From Promethearchaeota archaeon (lineage in GTDB: Archaea > Asgardarchaeota > Lokiarchaeia > Sigyniarchaeales > SOKP01), in NCBI GenBank assembly GCA_016839555.1, contig JAEOUA010000003.1, positions 192,001 through 256,000 of the forward strand: a stretch of DNA of 64,000 bases. The letters are read 5' to 3'. The position numbers were made by a program, and so were the translations under genes. The notes under the pieces were generated by a model that saw only the letters and a program-made list of their open reading frames with translations, made no database searches and was not told the origin of the DNA. Positions 59,756 through 64,000 of the stretch are shown one piece after another; positions within the stretch are counted from its first letter, which is position 1; the number at the start of each line of letters is the position of its first letter.

Positions 59756-59775
59756 TTTGATAAAGCATTATCAAA
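59756..59775. promoter_or_regulatory. 8-4-8 inverted repeat upstream of the PLP enzyme gene
   Basis: TTTGATAA-AGCA-TTATCAAA. Confidence 0.35.
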
Positions 59776-59958
59776 AACGTAATAAAATCATCATAATTTA
59801 AATTTATTTAATAATAAAATATGAATTCATGAAAAAAATTGAAAATTATCATTTAAAGATCAAGAAATTAAATTCTTTTAGCCTACCCCGTCAATTTTAA
59901 TAATTCTTAAATATTTCTTAAATTATTATTTCCTAACTTCTAAAAGGAATGAATTATC

Positions 59959-61041
59959 ATGGATGATAATTGGAAAAATGAAATTCCAACTCCTGCTCTT
60001 GTTTTAGACTATAATAAAATGATGGAAAATATTAATACCATGGCTAAATTTGCTAAAGAGCATGATATAAACCATAGACCTCACGTCAAAACTCATAAAT
60101 GTCCTATTATTGCCCATTTGCAATTAAAAGCAGGATGTAAGGGGATTACGGTAGCAAAGGTTGGGGAGGCAGAAGTTTTTGCTCAATCGGGAATTGATGA
60201 CATATTTATAGCGAATCAAGTGATCGTTCCAAATCATATAGATAGATTCGCAAAATTAAATAAATATATAAAAATAAGATGTGCCGTTGATTCTCAAAAA
60301 AATATTCTAGACCTGAGCAAAATAGCAGCTCAAAATAATACTACATTAAAAGTGTTTCTTGATATTAATTTGGGATTAGGCAGATCTGGTGTTGAACCGG
60401 GAGAGCCTGCTCTTGAGATGGCTAGATTTATTGAAAAAACACCAAACATAGATTTAGTAGGCCTCATGGGCTATGAAGGTCATCTTACTCCAATGATGAA
60501 TCTAGATCAAAAAGAAAAAATGGCAAATGAATGTTTCAAAAGGATTGTTGATACCAGGGATTTATTAAACGAAAATGGATTTAATATCAAAAACATTACT
60601 ACATCTGGCTCAGGAACATATAGGTATGCGGCGAATTACGAAGGGATTACTGAGATACGCCCTGGTACTTATGTGTTTTCCGATGAACATTTAGATATGG
60701 TCGAAAAAGCGTTTAAAATTGCAGTAACAATATTAGGTACCATACAAAATCAAACTGGAAAAAAAGAATTTACAACTGATGCTGGTGCTAAAGCAATCGC
60801 GACTGGAGATGGGAAACCTGAATTTAAAGATTTTCCCAAATCTAAAATTAGAGTAATGAATGAAGAGCACACTCAATTTAAGGCAATTGGTCTGGATAAA
60901 AATTTGGAAATAGGACAAAAAATTGAATTTTACCCTGCTCACATATGTACTACTATTAATTTACATGACCATATCCACGTGATAAAGGATAATGAGTATG
61001 TCGGAAGATGGGAAATATTAGCAAGAGGTAAAAGTTATTAA
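59959..61041 (+). CDS. PLP fold-III enzyme, D-threonine aldolase / D-serine dehydratase family
   Basis: TPALVLD, RPHVKTHK, RSGV, YEGH, RPGTY, DAGAK, EEH and HIC. Confidence 0.85.
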   Translation: MDDNWKNEIPTPALVLDYNKMMENINTMAKFAKEHDINHRPHVKTHKCPIIAHLQLKAGCKGITVAKVGEAEVFAQSGIDDIFIANQVIVPNHIDRFAKLNKYIKIRCAVDSQKNILDLSKIAAQNNTTLKVFLDINLGLGRSGVEPGEPALEMARFIEKTPNIDLVGLMGYEGHLTPMMNLDQKEKMANECFKRIVDTRDLLNENGFNIKNITTSGSGTYRYAANYEGITEIRPGTYVFSDEHLDMVEKAFKIAVTILGTIQNQTGKKEFTTDAGAKAIATGDGKPEFKDFPKSKIRVMNEEHTQFKAIGLDKNLEIGQKIEFYPAHICTTINLHDHIHVIKDNEYVGRWEILARGKSY

Positions 61042-61063
61042 TAAGGGAAGTGTTTTAAAAAAT

Positions 61064-61444
61064 ATGGTAGATATTGAATATGTAAATCCCGGAACTCCGG
61101 TTGCTGGACCTTATACACCTGGAGTCCAAGTAGGAAATCTTCTTTTTGTATCAGGTCAGGGTTCTGCACCAGGCATTGATAATATTAAGGATCAGACTAA
61201 CTCGGTACTTGAAAACATCAAAAAGATTGTTGAGGCTGCTGGATGCAGCGTTGCTGATATCGTAAAAACAACCGTTTTTTTAAGCGATATTAAGGATTTT
61301 GGTAAAATGAACCGAACTTATAAGAAATTTTTTGATAATAATGGTGCTGAAGGAAAATATCCAGCTCGAACAACTATCGAAGTAGCAAGCTTACCTGTTC
61401 CTAGCATGTTAATAGAAATTGACGCAATAGCCGTAATAAAATAA
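61064..61444 (+). CDS. ridA: RidA family enamine/imine deaminase
   Basis: GPYT, FVSGQ, KTTVFL, PARTT and IEIDAIA. Confidence 0.9.
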   Translation: MVDIEYVNPGTPVAGPYTPGVQVGNLLFVSGQGSAPGIDNIKDQTNSVLENIKKIVEAAGCSVADIVKTTVFLSDIKDFGKMNRTYKKFFDNNGAEGKYPARTTIEVASLPVPSMLIEIDAIAVIK

Positions 61445-61520
61445 TAACTTTTTTTTTAATTTTTTTGATCAATATTTCTTCAATAATCTTAATACCTGCT
61501 CCTTAAAAGAAAAAAAGAAC

Positions 61521-61589
61521 ACTGCGAGAACAACCGTTCAAGTTGCATATTTACCTGCTACTGGAATGTTAGATGAAATTGAAGTTATA
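61521..61589 (+). pseudogene. Relic of the 3' end of a second ridA copy
   Basis: Translates TARTTVQVAYLPATGMLDEIEVI, compared with PARTTIEVASLPVPSMLIEIDAI in the adjacent ridA; no start codon or N-terminal region. Confidence 0.75.
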
Positions 61590-61599
61590 AGATTACAAT

Positions 61600-61833
61600 T
61601 TATTGGTTCTTAAGGTATTTAATAAGATTTTCTTTATTTTCCCTTTTTTTTAACTCTTTTATAATTGCAATCGCTTCTTTTACGCTACAATTTTTAGAAA
61701 ACTTTGATGCCTGTTCAAATTTAAAAGAATGGTTGCATTTGAAACATATTTTTCTTTTAATTCTTCTTGGAGTATAAAACCATGTACCACAAAAGGTACA
61801 TCTGAAAAAATAGAATTTTTTAGCGTTAGGCAT
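61600..61833 (-). CDS. Zinc-ribbon protein (DUF1922-like)
   Basis: FRCTFCG..Y...KICFKC then A..IIKELK. Confidence 0.7.
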   Translation of the reverse strand: MPNAKKFYFFRCTFCGTWFYTPRRIKRKICFKCNHSFKFEQASKFSKNCSVKEAIAIIKELKKRENKENLIKYLKNQ

Positions 61834-62019
61834 TTATGAAAAGAGTATAAGAAACGCCTCATAAATCTTAATAGTGAGCAAATTTAATGATTTTTTTTAA
61901 TATATAAAATCTTTTTATAGATTAATAACTCAAACATAAAACTAAATAATCATATATATTTTCCTTAATCATACAGATAAATTTATTGAAAAATTGATTT
62001 TTCTATTTTAAGGGATTTT

Positions 62020-62691
62020 TTGATTACCATGAAAACTTATGATAAAAAAGAGCTAGATAAATTAAGTATTAATGAATTAACTCATACTTTTATGGACATT
62101 ATTAAGGAGCAGACTTCAATTCTAATAGAGGGAATTGAACATCTAATTGATGAAGATTTCGAGACATTTAACAAGAATTTGAATTATGTAATTGAAACTT
62201 CGACCGAAGTTAAAGTAAAAAAGAAATTTGAGTCAAAGATTTTTAAATCCAAGTTAATGTTCAGTAAGGCTGATAGATTAAAAGTTTTTAGTAAAATTAA
62301 TGACATAAAAAATATTGGTGAATTTCTCGCTAATAAAATGCTCCTATATAAAGTAATTTTTCCTGACGAAGAATTTAAAAATCAATTAAGAGAGATAATA
62401 TCCTCTCTAAGAATAATTTCTGATAATATATCTGACTCGGTAAAATTTATTGGTTCTGATCTCATAAAAGCGCATGATATTTGCGAAGAAATTAAAGAAG
62501 AAAGACGCAAAATGAGAAAGGAGGAATTTGATTTGTTGAAACGTCTTTGGGGGTATGATATGGATTATTTATCACGGACTTTTTTATATTTAAAAGAGTT
62601 AATTGAAGGCATAATGATGTTAGCTGATCATATCAAAGATTTTGCGGAATATATCCAATTTTTATCAATAAAATATTTGATTTTCGATTAA
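62020..62691 (+). CDS. DUF47/PhoU-like phosphate transport regulator
   Basis: All-helical; KADRL and LADHIKDFA; adjacent to PiT. Confidence 0.65.
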   Translation: MITMKTYDKKELDKLSINELTHTFMDIIKEQTSILIEGIEHLIDEDFETFNKNLNYVIETSTEVKVKKKFESKIFKSKLMFSKADRLKVFSKINDIKNIGEFLANKMLLYKVIFPDEEFKNQLREIISSLRIISDNISDSVKFIGSDLIKAHDICEEIKEERRKMRKEEFDLLKRLWGYDMDYLSRTFLYLKELIEGIMMLADHIKDFAEYIQFLSIKYLIFD

Positions 62692-62697
62692 TACTTA

Positions 62698-63738
62698 TTG
62701 GGAGTTTCCATGGCAGATAGCGTTTCTTTTTCTTTAGTATCAGTTCTTATTATTATGGGAATTTCTTTAGCATTTGCTATTGGAGCTAATGATGAAACTT
62801 TATCGGCTTTAGTTGGCGCTGGTGTAGTGAAGTTTAGGATTGCATTGATAATAGGCGGAATCGCAACTGGATTTGGGATGATTTTTTTTAGCCAAAATGT
62901 TGGAAAAACAGTTGGAGAAGATATATTAGGCTCCGGAGTAAAATATACAGATATTATGCTTTTAGCTGTTTTGATTAGTAGTATAATTTGGTTAATTATT
63001 GGTTCTTTTGCTGGAATTCCTTTGAGCTCGACCCATAGTACAGTGGGAAGCATATTTGGAGTTTTAATAATATATTCATTAACTCAAGGAGGCGTTAATC
63101 CTGAAACGGCCCTAAATTATGGTAAACTTTTAGAAATAGTTTTAGGATGGTTTTTCTCTCCAGTTTTGGGATTATTGGTGACATTTATCCTTTTTAAAAT
63201 AATAGCTAAGATATATTTAACACGACTAAGGGGGCTGAACCAAATAGAAAAAGCCGAAAAAAGATTTAATTGGATCTTATTTATCGCTGTAATTTTTGCA
63301 GAAGTGTGGGTTGGAGCTAATTCAGCAGAATGTATTGGAATATTTTATGGGATATTGAACAGTAATTATATAAACATGATGCAATATTGGTTTTTTGTTG
63401 TTATATGTGGCATCTTTGTTTTTCTTGGGATATTTTTTGTGGGTAGATATGTTATTAGAAATTTAGCGAGTCATATGACTAATGCTCGTCCTAGTGAAGG
63501 TGTTATTCTTCAATCTTCTTCGGCGCTTATATTAATGCTCGCAACTTTTCTTGGACTTCCCATCTCACATTCACATGTTATTGTATTTTGCATTATTGGC
63601 TTAAATATCTCTCAAAAAAAGGAAATTGACAAGAAAGGTTTGTTAAAAATGGCGCTATATTGGTTCTTAACCTTTCCTGTGGCAGCAATTTTAGGGGGAT
63701 TTCTTTATTGGATTTTTGTTTTATTTGGGTTTTCATAA
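62698..63738 (+). CDS. PiT-family inorganic phosphate transporter
   Basis: IGANDE, GIPLSSTHS, WFFSP and GLPISHSH. Confidence 0.88.
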   Translation: MGVSMADSVSFSLVSVLIIMGISLAFAIGANDETLSALVGAGVVKFRIALIIGGIATGFGMIFFSQNVGKTVGEDILGSGVKYTDIMLLAVLISSIIWLIIGSFAGIPLSSTHSTVGSIFGVLIIYSLTQGGVNPETALNYGKLLEIVLGWFFSPVLGLLVTFILFKIIAKIYLTRLRGLNQIEKAEKRFNWILFIAVIFAEVWVGANSAECIGIFYGILNSNYINMMQYWFFVVICGIFVFLGIFFVGRYVIRNLASHMTNARPSEGVILQSSSALILMLATFLGLPISHSHVIVFCIIGLNISQKKEIDKKGLLKMALYWFLTFPVAAILGGFLYWIFVLFGFS

Positions 63739-63813
63739 TGTTTAATTTCATAAACTATATAAAATATATAGCCTATATATGAAAATAATGATTATTAATT
63801 TGATGTGAAAAAA

Positions 63814-64000
63814 ATGGGTTCATTAATAGAATACTTTAAGAAAGAAACTGCTAAAAATGTACTAGAAAAGGCAATAGAGCACGCAAAAGAAGTTCAAAAA
63901 ACTGTTAAAGAATTAAATAAGGGGATAAAAGTACTTTTGCTGGAAAAAGATTCCGAAAAAGCACACGATATATTTCATGCAGTTGATCTTATAGAGGGGA
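63814..64000 (+). CDS. Second DUF47-like protein (partial, runs off the window)
   Basis: MGSLIEYFKKETAKNVLEKAIEHAKEVQKTVKEL...VDLIEG; open to the window end, after PiT. Confidence 0.6.
   Translation, partial: MGSLIEYFKKETAKNVLEKAIEHAKEVQKTVKELNKGIKVLLLEKDSEKAHDIFHAVDLIEG

Noticed and set aside
23268-59775. One TTGATA regulon uniting the sites at 23268, 24041 and 59756
   Set aside because: Half-site orientation and spacing differ between the sites, and the hexamer is common at this AT content.
505-63053. Many short ORFs antisense to or overlapping long genes (e.g. 505-693, 9144-9437, 16589-17029, 55100-55477, 62688-63053)
   Set aside because: They are shadow frames of well-supported genes and have no motifs of their own.
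1-64000. rRNA, tRNA, CRISPR array, transposase or integrase
   Set aside because: I saw no GC-rich structural RNA, spaced direct repeats or recombinase motifs. This was by eye only; tRNAscan and Infernal would be decisive.

Overview
A very AT-rich (roughly 28-30% GC by eye), gene-dense archaeal chromosome segment. The archaeal markers are S6e, L24e, TFB, archaeal-type ProRS, Taw1, ApgM and Fae-Hps. A longin-like protein and a Rab-like GTPase also occur, which points to an Asgard archaeon, probably Lokiarchaeia (inference). Most genes are metabolic: lactate racemase and oxidation, a 2-oxoacid:ferredoxin oxidoreductase operon, GH2/GH57, beta-oxidation enzymes, TldD/E and phosphate transport. I saw no rRNA, tRNA, CRISPR array or transposase. 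The best candidate for an undescribed system is an eliminase-type glycyl radical enzyme with an N-terminal SCP2 lipid-binding domain, clustered with its activase and a crotonase. Other unusual architectures are an FrhB-PyrK redox fusion ending the oxidoreductase operon, a methyltransferase/ATP-grasp (Ddl-like) fusion, a CDF transporter flanked by two winged helices, Taw1 with an inserted winged helix, and a TrmB-HTH/long helical rod/PLD-like protein. Reading the raw DNA also showed genes missing from the ORF track, apparent ATT/ATA/CTG start codons, an in-frame TAG, a RidA relic and a duplicated palindromic operator. All family calls come from motif recognition, not database searches.
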